A stretch of 63,768 nt of DNA, the filler included, from Reclinomonas americana ATCC 50394 (Eukaryota), in assembly GCA_048213135.1 (NCBI GenBank). It is 14 parts of 14 records of this genome, joined end to end, with 100 filler letters (N's around TTAATTAATTAA, not from the genome) between each part and the next. Parts side by side here need not be neighbours in the genome. Positions count along the whole stretch, not along the records: positions 1 to 17,933 come from AFZH01023602.1; 13 more parts are not named here. One strand, written 5' to 3'. The first letter of the stretch is position 1. Each line of letters opens with the position of its first letter. The notes under the pieces are model-generated. The model was not told where the DNA came from. It saw only the letters and a list, made by a program, of their open reading frames with translations, and ran no database searches. A program made the position numbers and the translations under genes. Below are positions 1 through 12,800 of the stretch, piece by piece.

Positions 1-67
<67 letters not shown>

Positions 68-112
68 AGTGAGTGAGTGAGTGTGAGTGAGTGAGTGTGA
101 GTGAGTGAGTGT
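1..112. repeat. (GT)n then (GTGA)n microsatellite, probably intronic in the PX-ELMO gene
   Basis: Directly visible dinucleotide and tetranucleotide run. Confidence 0.95.
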
Positions 113-195
113 GTTGTATCGGTTGGTCTCTGACGATTCAACACACTCACTCTTGGACTCACTCTCTCTCTCTCTCCCTCCTCTCTCTGTCTCAG

Positions 196-3100
196 GCACA
201 ACACGCTGCATTTTTGGCCGACCATCCACCACAGAACGACGCTCAACTGGTGAGACTGCTTTTGTTCATTTTTCCTCCCACTTTCCTCCCTTTTTTCTCA
301 TTATGGAGTAGTCGCCGGAGAGTCGACGTTTGATGGCCGAGGCGCGCGTGTTTGCCTTCCCGCCCTTCCCACCCAAGACGTGGTTTACTCCGTCGGAGGC
401 CGAGGTGCAAGAGCGACGTGCCAAGTTCGATGCACTGCTGCGTGCGGTGCAGACGCAGCCGCACTTGGCCAACAGCCCCGATTTAATGGTGTTTCTCGAA
501 GTCAATGTTGCGTGCGTGCGTGCGTGTGGGTGAGGCTCAGTGCGCGCAGTGATGATGGGCTGGTGCAGGAGAGTCCGGTGGCGCATCTGTTGCGCATTGC
601 ACCGAGTCCGTTCCCGGAGGAGGAACAAATTCGTCGCAAGAAGACGTGAGCGCATTTTCCATCTCGATCTCTCTTTGTGGAACGTCACCCGCCTTACGTG
701 CGTGCACGTTGGTAGGATTGTGCGCCGTCGGCTGCAAAAGTCGCTGGCTGAGTTGCAGAATGGCACGCTGATGGCGTCGTCAATCATGGCGGGAGGATCG
801 TCGATGAGCATGTCGCAGAGCGTCATGTTTCCGGTTGATGCGCAGGAGCGCTTTGCCGCCGCGTTTATGAAGACCGAAAAAGTGAGTGGCGTCGTGATTC
901 CTCGCCATCGCAAGTGTGTCTGACTTGTGTGCACCGAACAGCTCAAGACGAGGCTGCGCCGCCTCCAAAAACGCGGCGATAGTTTCCTCTGTGAATTGGT
1001 CGCCTTCAGTCCCGCACCACCAGCAGGCATGTTGTTTTAATGTCGCGCTGTTCTGCACATTGTTTATTGGCTGACACCCGCATGCAGAGGAAATCAACAA
1101 GACGCGTCACTTGGTGCGGCGCATCGACCCGTCGCAGCACAGTTTTGTGATCTCGGTGTACGACGGATGCATTCTGTGTCGTGTCTACCACCCGCAGCGA
1201 GTGGACATGCTGGCCGATCGCGCGGTGATTCAGCACGTGTTGGACACTCCCAACGAGATTGTCACGCTCCCGTCGGGCACTGGCGAGCCGTCTGCGTCGG
1301 CTCTCATGATCTCCACCATTCGTGTCACCAGCGGCGGCCGTCACACTGCTGGTGCGACGGCAACCACGGCAGCGGCGGGTGCTCACCCTCTTGCCGACGA
1401 TGATTGGCCGTTTGACGATGAGGACGAGGACGACGAGGACGATGGCAAGGGTGGTGGTCCCTCGCGGAGCACCCTAATGTCGTCGGATTTCGAGCCAGTG
1501 GAGGATTCGACCGAGGTCACCCCGACTCCTGCTACTGCTGCTGCTGGTGCTGCTGCTGATGGAACCGGTGCTGCGTCGGCGGCGGCGAGCAAGGCAAACG
1601 ACGATGACGACGAGTGGCAAGTGGTGGACGAGGCGGCTGTGGTGATGGTACCGAGCGCGCCGGCGAGTTTGGCCACCGTGCCGCTCGATCAGTCGGCGGT
1701 GGTGCAGACGGGCACCTATTCGATTCACCTCAATCCGCACCCGTCACGAGGTACGATGGCGATTGCTTTTTTTCTTGCCTTCTTGTGTCATGTGCGTCGC
1801 TGATGCATGATGCGCAGCGGTGGCTCGACCGGGTGAAGAGGCTCTCTCGCCGCGACGCGTGCGAGCTGTTTTCGACTTTAACCGGTGTCCCATGCCCAAG
1901 TTCTGGTTATTCCTGGACCAGTTGTTGAATGTGAGCAAGGAGCGATGTGAGCTGCGCGCACAGAGGAGAGGCGATGTGCCGGGGGGAACGTCGCGAGTGT
2001 CCATTGAGTGGATTCCGCTGTCGCTGCCGCCGCTCTCACAAGTCCTCGCCCCGCTCTCCGACGGCTCCGTGACGCACTCGAGTTGCGTTGTGCCGGTCGT
2101 GCAGATATAGTCACTGTGTGCGCTTACCGCCTATGATACACGCAGTCGTGCTGGTGACCGACGACCACCCGATCGACACGGTTGGTCATCTTGTGCTCTC
2201 CTCTTTGCTCCAAGTCAACTCATGTGTGCCTTCTCCCGTGTAGTGGATCATGACGCTGGAGACGCTGTCCGGAGGCGAGCTGGTCGACACCATGCGCTTC
2301 ATGCGCGAAGAGCAGCGCGATCGCTACTGGAATGGTGAGTTGTTCCCCCCGCTTCCTGTCTCTTGCCATCGTCGCTCCTCATCCATGACTACTGTTCAGT
2401 TATCGACACGTTGCGCGACATGGAGGGTAAGCACGTCTGCGTTGCGCCACTTTTGTTGCTGCTGTACCTACTCACCGCTGTGTGTGCAGCACTGCGGAGC
2501 TCCAAGTGCAACCTGGAGAGCGCGCGTCACCAAAGCCTCCTCGAGGACCTCTTTGAGGCCGTGTTCCCGGACGAGATGTTGACGTCGATGTACAATCCCA
2601 AGTGGAAGGTTCTGGGTTTCCAGGTACGTCGCGCCATATCGTGCATGAAGAAGCAACAGGATTAGCTCCGCACCAACACCACGTGATTTCGTGTTGCAGA
2701 ACGCCAACGTGGCACGCGATTTTGAGACGTGCGGCGTCCTTGGTCTGCACCAGCTGGTGAAGTTCGTGAAGCGGTACCCGGAGTTGACGCAGCAGATGAT
2801 CAAGCAGCACCATCGGTACAGCATTGTGCAAGCCAGCACTCATGTTGCGTCTCACAGTTGGCACGCTGCATGTGGCCAGCTGGCTGATCATGTGAATACT
2901 GTCGCAGATCACGGTGCTCCTCTGCAACTTGGTCGGCATCTCGGCTGGTGAGTGTCGCGCGCTTTCTTTCCCTTTTCGCATCGTGCTCATGTCGTGCTTG
3001 TGCATGTGCACAGAAATCTACCAGTACGAGTCGGGTGCACGGTTGCGCGACGGCAGCTTCAGCGCGCTGCAAGACACGATTCGCGGCAATGCTATGTTCT

Positions 3101-4041
3101 CGTTCCTCGTGCGTGGCTCGCGCAACGTGACGGTCACCGATCTGTTCCACGAGATGCATGCGGCAATGCTGCATTGCGTGCACGTGCACACGGTGGAGCA
3201 CAGCCAGATTTCGTTCTTTGACGGCTTGCGTTCGGCGGCGCGTCTGTTGGTCGACGCCATTTGCCCTCCCGACCAGACCGTGGTCGCCAAGCTGCCGGTG
3301 GCCACCCTCGGCGCCTTGCGCGTCGAACTCGGTCTCTCGGCCGATCCCAGTCCAGCCGTGATTGTGCCCTCGGACTCGGTGACGAGCGCGTCTGGCCTGA
3401 CGCTCTCGGAGGACGATGTCGCCGAACTGCTGTCGGACGACATTCGACACAGCCGCAATTCGACGCTGGCGGTCGAGGCCGAGTGGGCTGCCTTGGTCGC
3501 CTCTCGAGGCCAAGCGGCGATGGCAGCCGCCGCATTGGCAGCATCGGCATCGGCCTCAGGAGCAGCGGCACCCCCACCAGCAGCAGGTGCAGCAGCAGCG
3601 ACAGCAGCGGCGGCGACAACCACTGAACCTGTCGGACAGGACGTCGACGCCGCTGGTGATGACGACGACGACGCCGGCAGCTTCCAGTCGCTGGAGGAGC
3701 CCGACGAGGAAGAGAGTGCAGCCGCCGCCGTGGCCACGGCCGTGGCTGCCGCAGCCGCGGTCGCCCTCTCCTCTTCGCTCTCCTCCTCGTCCTCCGCCTC
3801 TGCTACTGCCGTGTCCGCCGCGGCTTCACTGGAGCCGTCGCACTCGGGCGCCTCCTCGCCATCACCACTGCCACCGCTCTCCGATGAAGACGTCTCGCGC
3901 TGGTCAGCCATTCCCCCTCCACCCCCACAACCCTCATCCACCACCACAACCGCGACTCGCCCACCACTGCCCATTCACATTGTGGCGGCCACCCCGCTCG
4001 ACGAGTCCTTTGGCTCACAAAGCACGGATAGCGAATGGTAA
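196..4041 (+). CDS. PX domain + ELMO/CED-12 domain protein (multi-exon, 5' partial)
   Basis: Spliced exons give the PX C-half FPPFPPKTWF..VQERRAKFDALL..SPDLMVFLE (312-512). They also give the ELMO core LLEDLFEAVFP..PKWKVLGFQ|NANVARDFETCGVLGLHQLVKF..YSIVQASTH|IT (2490-2947) and FHEMHAAML. A low-complexity tail runs to TAA at 4041. Introns are GT-AG and frame-consistent. Confidence 0.8.
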
Positions 4042-4198
4042 ATTTCTCTCTCTCTCGGCCTCTCTCAAGTGCAGTAGTAAACAAGTTCAAGATAGTCTTT
4101 GGAGCAAAGCATCCCGGATGAGCTACTTGTTGACTGCACAAATTGCATTGGCCGATGTTCGGGTTTAGTAATTGTGCGTGTGTTAGAGAGGGAGACTC

Positions 4199-6825
4199 AT
4201 GGCACTCGGGGGCCACCAACTCCCCGCGGTCGAGTTCCTCAACTATGGCGACGCAGTGACACTGCGCTGTGTGGTCACCGGGCTCATTGTGTGTGAAGGG
4301 TGAGCTGTGTGTGAGAGTCGCTCTCCTTCCACTCTCTCTCACACTGATGCACGCACAGCACACACTCTGTGCGACTCGGCGTGGAGCCCAACAACACACA
4401 GCACCCTCCGCCTTCATTCGCAGGTGAGAGAGAGAGACAGTCAACAGTGTGTGAGAGAGAGAGAGAGACTCACTAGTGTGCCACACAGATTCGTGCTTTG
4501 TGGTGTGCCCTCTGCAGCCGGTGACTGCGCAAGAGCGCATGCAGTCGGCACTGGAGGCGCTCAGTGTGGAGGAGTTCGACCCAGAACTGCCACCACACAC
4601 ACTGCGCGCGGAGGAACTGCTGCGACTCACACAATTGCATGTTGCGGAGAGAGAGAGAGAGAGAAGGCAGTCAAACAGTGTGCTGACAGTGTGGGGTGAT
4701 GTGTCGCGCAGAAAGAGGCCGAGGATGAGCGTCTGCGCAATCGGGAAGACGAGGCGCGGTGAGTCAATGGACTCTGTGTTGTGATCATGCTTCTCTTGCT
4801 CATGCATGTCATCAGTGGTGCGGGTCGTGTGGTCAAGTATGGTGATATCGTCATGGTGTGTCGTCTCGCATGGCTCCGCCTGTGACGGTCTTGATTGCTG
4901 AGTGTCGAGAATGCGTGTGCGTGTAGCTTCGACATTTGCGATCTGAGGGGTACATTACGATGTTGCGGAACCACTCGGAGACCGATGCGCAGTGCTCGAT
5001 GGTGCGTTTGCAGCAGTACTGTCACACCGACAGTGGGTTTGTGCTGGAGCCGTCGGCGAAGCGGCGAGCAGAGGGCGACAAGGTGCGTTTCAACGATGCC
5101 AGTGACTGCAGTTGTTTGAGTGCGTGTGCTCATGCCACACAGGTTCGCATCGGTGACCCGTTGGTGCTGCTGAATTCGCGCACTCGGCTCGCTCTTCACG
5201 TATCGACGTCGTACATGGCGCGGGGTTCGTGCAGGCATGCTCTGCACGGTGACTCGCGTGCAACTGCGCTCACTATTCTGGTGCAGACAAACGACTTGAG
5301 GTCAACGCCTCCATTACGGCCACGACGTTCCTTCTCAGCCGCTACGACACCTTCCACTGGATGCGTCTGATCAACTCGGCTGGCACGGATCAGAAGCGCC
5401 TGCGTTTTGGTGTGTGTGCGGGGGTGGCGCTGTCTCTGTGAGGAGTCAGCGTGCTGATCTCATCGTCACACCGCAGGCTCTGTCGTCACCCTTACGCATC
5501 CCGACATGGCCGCCCGCATGTGCGTTCGCAGCTTCTGTGGCCGTCCACGAGGTGTGTACCATGTGCATGTTTGCCATCATCATGCCCCCTTTCCCACTTT
5601 TTTCCGCCCAGCTTACGCACGACCCATCAATCCTGCTGGCGGCAGTGTGTCGAGTGCGGAGATGCTGGTCATTGAGCGGCAGGTGCAGTGTGTGTATGTG
5701 CGAAAGAGAAAAGAAGATGCAGTGATTCACGCTACTGCGGTGTGCCACAGGATTGTACCAAGGGTGGCCCGCTGACATACGGCGCTCGCCTCCGACTTCG
5801 CCAATTCGCTGGCTCTGTGTTTCTGGCCGCCTCCCGTCGTGGCCCGCCGCGGCAGTCGTCGATTCTGCGTCGCAGTGCGTCAGCTGTGTGCGATCGTTGC
5901 CTTGTCTTCTCTCGCGCATGCGCTCAATATCTCCCTGTACAGACTTGGAGTTGCTCTCGCGTCAAGGTGCAAAGTCGCTGCCCGTTCGCCTACTGTGTAC
6001 GTGCACTCCTCTCAACTCTCTCCGCGCATGTGCGTGTGTGCGTGTGCAGGTTTGGCGGGGTACACCACGCGCGAACAATTTCGTCCGGCACACCAAGTGG
6101 AAGACGACGACGACGACGACGACGACGATGGAGCAGATCATGATGATGACGAACGTGACGCGGAATCGTTCGAGCCCGGCTCTGTTGTGGTCGAGAATCC
6201 ACTGCAAGGCCGGCAACCGCCTCACCTCCTGCCAGCCCCTCTGGTGCCGGTGGCTGCCGCCGCCCCTCGTGTCGTTCCCGGCCGAGCTGCTGCACTGCAG
6301 TTCTATCTCACCCCCGACCGGTATGACTGATTTGCACGCCTCGTGCACGCCGTCACATTGCCCACACTGCGTGCGCGTCTGTGGCAGCAATGATCCGGCC
6401 ACGCTCTTCGAGTTTGGAGAGGGCGAGAGTCACCGAGATGGCGGCACGGACATTGAGGTACCCGCCGTCAAGGGTGAAGTCATTCTCTACAGCGTGCACT
6501 GTGATTCGTTTGTGGCATTGAGCCAGCAAAGTATGGCGGAGACCGAAGCGCCGGGAGACGCACAGCCTCGCGCCAGCTCATTCGACGATCCAGCTCACAC
6601 GTGCTTCTCGGTGTGTGTGTGTGTGTGTCACTTGCGGTTGTCTGTGCTATCACCCTTCACCTTCGCTCACGTACCGCTTTCTGCGCCCACCAGCCTACCC
6701 TGACGTCCTCGTCGTTCGATGCGGCGTGGATTGTCGAGTCCATTCCGCGCCCCCTGTTTGCAAAAACCTACGCCATCGCGGTGGTGCTACCGGTACGGCT
6801 GTTGATAAAATCTGCACACAATTCG

Positions 6826-6859
<34 letters not shown>

Positions 6860-9800
6860 ATGTTTACGCTCGAGGGAAATATGTACAGGACCTGGCGGTG
6901 TTGCGCGATGCGCTGGCTGTAGGTCGCCTGCCGGCAGAGGCGGGCGATGCGCAGCGCATTCACATGCTGGAGCGGCTGATCATCTCGTGCACGCAGAGCA
7001 GCGATCCGGATCCCGCCACACGCGAAGGTAGCCGCCCACTGCGGCGGCATGGTGTCTTTTTTCTGCACATCACTTGCTGATTCCCTCGGCGCAGGCATTC
7101 CGGTTGTCGACTATCAAATCATGCTCCGCGACCTCGGTGTGCTGGGCATTTGCTGCGACTGCGTGCGCTACTTGCGCCACATTATGAAGCCGCGCAATGT
7201 GGCCGACCACGAAGTTGCCCCCCTCGAGTCGTGCGTGGACGCCGTTCCGCTGGCGCCGCGCTTTGCGCGATACGCCTTTCTCATCAATCGGCTGGTACGC
7301 TGTGCCGTCATCGGCAATCTCATCAACAAGAAGCTGGCCATGCCAGTTCTCAACGACGTTAGCATCTTTGGATTGATGTATGGCGGCCCTGACTTGCTGT
7401 TAGAAATGTTGCGCCTCCTTTGTGTTGTGTACTTGTGACTTGCTTTGGGCGTGTACACTTATCGGGCGATTGCAGTTTGCGTGATGCCCCCGAGGTGCTG
7501 GAGGAGTGGATCAAGCAGAGTGGTCAACCGGTAGAGTACTGGGTCTCCACTGCCGCACGACGTGGCGTGCGGAGTCCGCAGTTACGTACGCGTGTACTCA
7601 CGGCTCCCATTTGGAGACCGAATGCTGATACTGTGGTGCGTGCAGATTGTTGCAGATCTTTAATATTGCGTGCATTTCAAGACAATGGGTGGACCTCGTG
7701 TTGCACTACAAGCTCGCGGGTACAAGTGAAATCGACACGACGATTCACAGTCACAATCAACGTCGCATCCTCGAGTCGTTGAAGCAACTCGAGGTGTGTT
7801 GCGGATAGAGTCATTGCTGTTGTTGTGTGTCGCGCTCATCACGCTCTATTGTCGCGGCAGTACAATTGGGTGTTTATCCGCATGCAGGTGGAGACCGTTT
7901 TTTCTGATGCTTCCTTGCTTCTCGTGCGTTCCCCTCACACGCCTTCTGGGACTGCAGATCGGAGACGATGATCGCAATGTGCAACTCACATTGCTGGACG
8001 CGTCGGGCCGAGTTGAGCGCAACGACGTTTGTCTCGCTGACTTGGTTGTCGATACGGAAAATGCGACGTTGGTGGAGTTTCTCATTGCGCAACTGGAGGC
8101 GTTTGGCTCACTCTGTGTCGTGCGTCGCTCGCATATTTGTCATTTTTGTGTGCCCGCATTCAAAGATCTCAATGTTATGCTGCTCTGCACGCAGGGTCGT
8201 CAATCGCTCGCGCCGTCTGTTCTCTCCGATTGGGTTCCGTTTGATGCACTGATGCGATGGTACTGCTTGCCGTCGTCGTCATCCTCCTTGTCCCTCTTGC
8301 CTTCGTTCTCACTAATGCACTCGCAGCTCGTTTGACACTCGGCTTCCGACGCCGTTGCGAGCCGTTGCGTTCCACTATGCGTGACGTGCGCGTGCGCACT
8401 CCGTGCTCGCTCACAATGTGCATTCGTGACATTGCAGGCGGCATGTCGACTGCTGTGCGCGCTCTACGTGGAGCAGGATCCTTTCGAGCCAGTGCCTGCA
8501 CACATTCCTTCGCATGTGTGGTCTCAGGTTCCGAGCGTGCCGAGCTATGAATTCGACCAGAGACGGCGACTTCGTGCGCTTGACGAGCACCCTACGCACC
8601 CGCTGGTGTTGGCCTCGCCAACCATTATCAACTTGGTGCAGGAGGCGTTGGTCTGTCGTCTCACCTCTCACTCCTCCTCTTCCTGTCTGTGACTGACCGA
8701 CTCGTGCAGGAGTTTCACTCGCGATTTCGCTGGGCCGATCGGTCCGGCAATCAGTGGGTGGCCGAGGTCTGTGGGGGGTGTTCTCGAGCGATGCTCGTGG
8801 AGCACTGCAACCCAAGTTGACATGACACTGTTGGTTGCAGGTGGTGTCTTTGATCAATTCGTTGATCCGCCAGGGGTTTGTGGCAGTGCATGCGGCTGTG
8901 GACATTTTGCACATGTTGCGTCGCAGTGCCCTCGCATATGCGCTCTGCCAGTCTGGTTCTGCTCACTGACCGATTCTGTGGCCACACAGTCTGTGGGATG
9001 TACTGGACGACTCCAAGGACGAGCAATTCGGTCAGTCTGTTAGTTGTTTTTGCCCGAGAGTGAGAATGGCTCCACCAAGCTCACGTTTGCATTGGTCTCT
9101 CGCGAGCAGACAAGGGCACTGCTCAACTGCGGTACGCGTTCAGCGAGAACAGTGCCGTCATCATGCGCAAACGATTGTTGTGCTTGCGTGTGATCAAGTT
9201 GCGTCCGCTGGAGTGTGAGTGACCAAGATGTGCATCTCTGATCCTCAAACGCTCCTCTTTTGAAAGTTACACTCTCGAGCTGGAGAGCTGTCATCGCGTC
9301 CATGTGCTGCTGCGGTGAGTCGAAATGACTGCGCACATTATTGACGAGCGACTACGTCTCACACTCGCGGGCATGCACGCAGGTTCTTCAAGAGTCGAAC
9401 CCCGATGCCGCCATTGTCCGAATTCATCGAGGTTACGTATCCGCAACCACGTGCAGCTTGCTCGCGTTTACCGTGACTGATGTGAAACGATTTACGTGCA
9501 GAACTCATTTATCGGCCGCGCAAAGATCAACGTCTTTACCATCCTCATGCGACTCTGCAAGTACCAGTGTGCCGATCTCCAGGCGGAGACGTTCCGCACG
9601 TACGTGGTCCTTCGCGGGTGAGTGTATGACTTGGCCAACATCAACACACGGGCGCAATCATACTGACGCGTGTGAGACACAGGCGCATTCGACAAATGAC
9701 TGCGCTCGCTCCCAGGACGCAACTGTTCGTGTCGCGGAAGACTGTCGAACTGTGGGAACTGACGCAGCAGGTGAAGCTTCGATTGGCACAGCTGATCAAG

Positions 9801-12800
9801 GGAAAGGAGCTGTGGACCAGTACCGAGCGTGTGCAGAGAGAGATGGAGTCGCGACTGCAAGTGGTCTCGCAGGGTTTGTGGTGGTGTCGTACTGTGAGAG
9901 CTCGTCACACGCAGCTCTCTCAACGCGGAGAGCTTCGTGCAGCGCTTCATGGTTGCGATCTGCGTGACGCACAATCGGTTCTGGCTGCCACCTCATTTCC
10001 CCAGTTCATTGTCGAAGTCTTCCGCGCCGACTTGTTGCGTGCAGCTTGCTGCGGCAATTTCTCGCTGATCATACCAACTGAAATTTGATTGTCGTGCAGA
10101 CGAAGCACTCCACCCCCTCCAGCAGGCAGCAGCTTGGCATTTTGTTGCGTAGGCTGCATCGGCACAAAAACAGCGTATAGTTCACCGTTGTACTCACCGT
10201 CCATTGCTGTCGATGCAGTGATGAGCGGAATGATTGCAATTTTGGCCATGGTACCGCGCTTGCACAATGCGGCATGAATTCTCGGGAGCACTTACTATTC
10301 CTCTCTTCACTCTGGTCTGCAGTTTGTAAAGAAGAATCCAGCGACGCAGGTGCTGATGGTCAACAATTTTGATATTCTGCTGCCGCACCTGGGGTGAGCC
10401 AACCAACAGTCTCGCTTCCGTTGTCGCACGCAATTCCGAACTCTTCTATAATCACGCGCCTATGCAGTGCTGGAGTTGGTGCGGAGGAGTTTAGTTGCGT
10501 CACGAGTCGTGAGTGCTGCCCCCGACATGTGTGCGCATGCTGTACTCACGGGTGGTTTCACGTGCAGTGGTGGCGGTTTTGGAAGACAACCGTCGCATCT
10601 GCCAGGACATTGCGCCGGAGACGTACGGCAGCTTTGCGGATCTCATCCTCGCTCGCGGCTTCCTGCCAGTCGCGCTACGAGTGTTTCGAGTTTTGTGGAA
10701 TGCATTCTTAGCGCTGATCGTTTCTAGTGGCGTTTGCTGACGCGTACTGCGGCAGGCCACCGTGTTGTGTTCCAAACTGCCGATTCCGCGCAATCAGCGA
10801 CTTGTATTGCGGACTGTGCGTGCGCGACCCGGACTGATCGTGAGTGACGCAGAAAAAGCATCGCGCGACTGCAGAAAATTAACGTGACACACGCGCAGGT
10901 TTTGTTTCGTGACAGCGCCGGACGTCAGACGAGGTGCTGTAGGGACTTGGGGGGCTGTCGCGAGCACGCGTCTCTCTATACTCAAACTGTGTGCACACAG
11001 ACGCGACCTCATGCGTGCCTTGGACAACCGTCTCAACCCCGCCACCAGTTTGCTGACGTACCACATTGAGCTGTTGCTGTTGCTAGCAGCCACCGCATCC
11101 GGCGAAAACGATGACGCGGAGGTGCTGTGTCAGGATCTGCTGCCACTCGAAGAGTGCGTGGACATGTTTGTGGAGCCGGGAACCCTGGTGGAGGTGCACG
11201 ATGCGCTGTTAAAGTTCATGGAGGAGGTGAGGCGGTGGTGCTTGTATCGCAGTCTCTTGTTTTCACTCTCGTGCTAACGATGGAGATGTAGGTGTACTTG
11301 ATGACTGTTGCGACTTGCGTGGAGTGCTTGCTACTTGGAGTTGATGTAACGATTGTGGAGTGCTCAGCAATTATCTATTGATCTCAATTGCAGGCACATG
11401 CCGTGAGCGTCGGCGATGCGCTCCGTCGCCTCCTGGAGTTTTTGGTATTGCAGATCGATGAGCTGGTGAGCTACAGCCGCGCTGGTCTTTCAGCGTTGGC
11501 GAGCGACAATGGAGCTGGTGCAGACATGCACAGTCCGTCGTCCGCGGCAGCAGCATCGCCTCCTGGCAGCCCAAACGAAAAGTGCGTACTCTGACTGCAC
11601 TTCGTTCTTCACGCATCACTGTGTGCTCATTCCGCTTGCTGGCAACAGGCGGCCTCTACTGACCCGTGCCTCAGAGGACACAGGCGAACCCTCGTCCTCC
11701 TCGGCAACCTCGTCGCTTGTTGACGACAGCAGTCGAAGGAGAGTAACTCTTCTGGCGACAGGCGAACGACTCATCCAGGCGCCGAGTTTCCGCGAGGCTC
11801 GGCAGTACGTGATTGCTCGGCTCACCGGCTTCCTTCACCGATTCTTCAGCGAGAGCACGCTGTCGGATGTGTTTGTCGGGTACGCCATGCATGTTGACGA
11901 CGTTGGCTTGCACACGTGCATGGGTGGAGGAGACTCATCATTACTGCGTAGACGCCACCAGGACATGTTCCACAATTTGACACGCGCACTGCAACAGCTG
12001 GCCGCTGTGGCCCGCAGTCAGCGTGAGTCGTCGGTGATTGAGAATGCTCTCCGCGCGCTCCACCAACGCGGTTGGGTGCGCCGCGGCTTCACTATTCCCA
12101 AGGTCTTTTTGTGCACTGGCGTACACCCGCAGCCCCTTCACTCACCACTCACTCCATGGAACACACACACAGTGGCAGAACGACTCGCGTCTATCAAACA
12201 CGCCAAGTGGCCGTATTGTCGGCTCCACCACCGTCGACTTGACCAGCGACGTGTCGACCAACATGCAGGAATCGGCTGAGACCGTGCTCAACGGCGACTG
12301 GCGACAGTTCCTAGAAGACAATGTCGGCGACTGGTCCGCACGACTCGATGCACCGTGGGAGCAGGTACGCGCGTGCCTCGGGTGGCGTCGGTTGTGGCGG
12401 TGGATGTGTTGATTTGGCTATTTGGTGCAGTTGATCGAGCAGGTGCTGGAGACTCCTGGATTTGTGGAGTCGATGGTTACCGGTGGCCCGTGCGTATTTA
12501 CCTTACTTGTGACTTTTTCCTCGTCGGTCGTTGTGTGCTGACGGCGCCACTTTTTGTAGGGCTTTTTACTTTTTGGAACCACGAGACCCGGCAAAGGTCG
12601 AGCAGCTCATTTACATTCAGTGCACGCTGTTGGAGCGCATTGCTGCTGTCGGCGAGCGTGGTCAGCAGCGCCTATTGGACGCCGGACTCGGTGCGTAAGA
12701 TTGTGACAGGGGCACGAAAAAGAAATCTACGGCCATTGATGACTAAACGACGTGTGTCTTGTGCCTGCAGTGTTTTATGTGCGTTCGGAGTCACTGCGGC

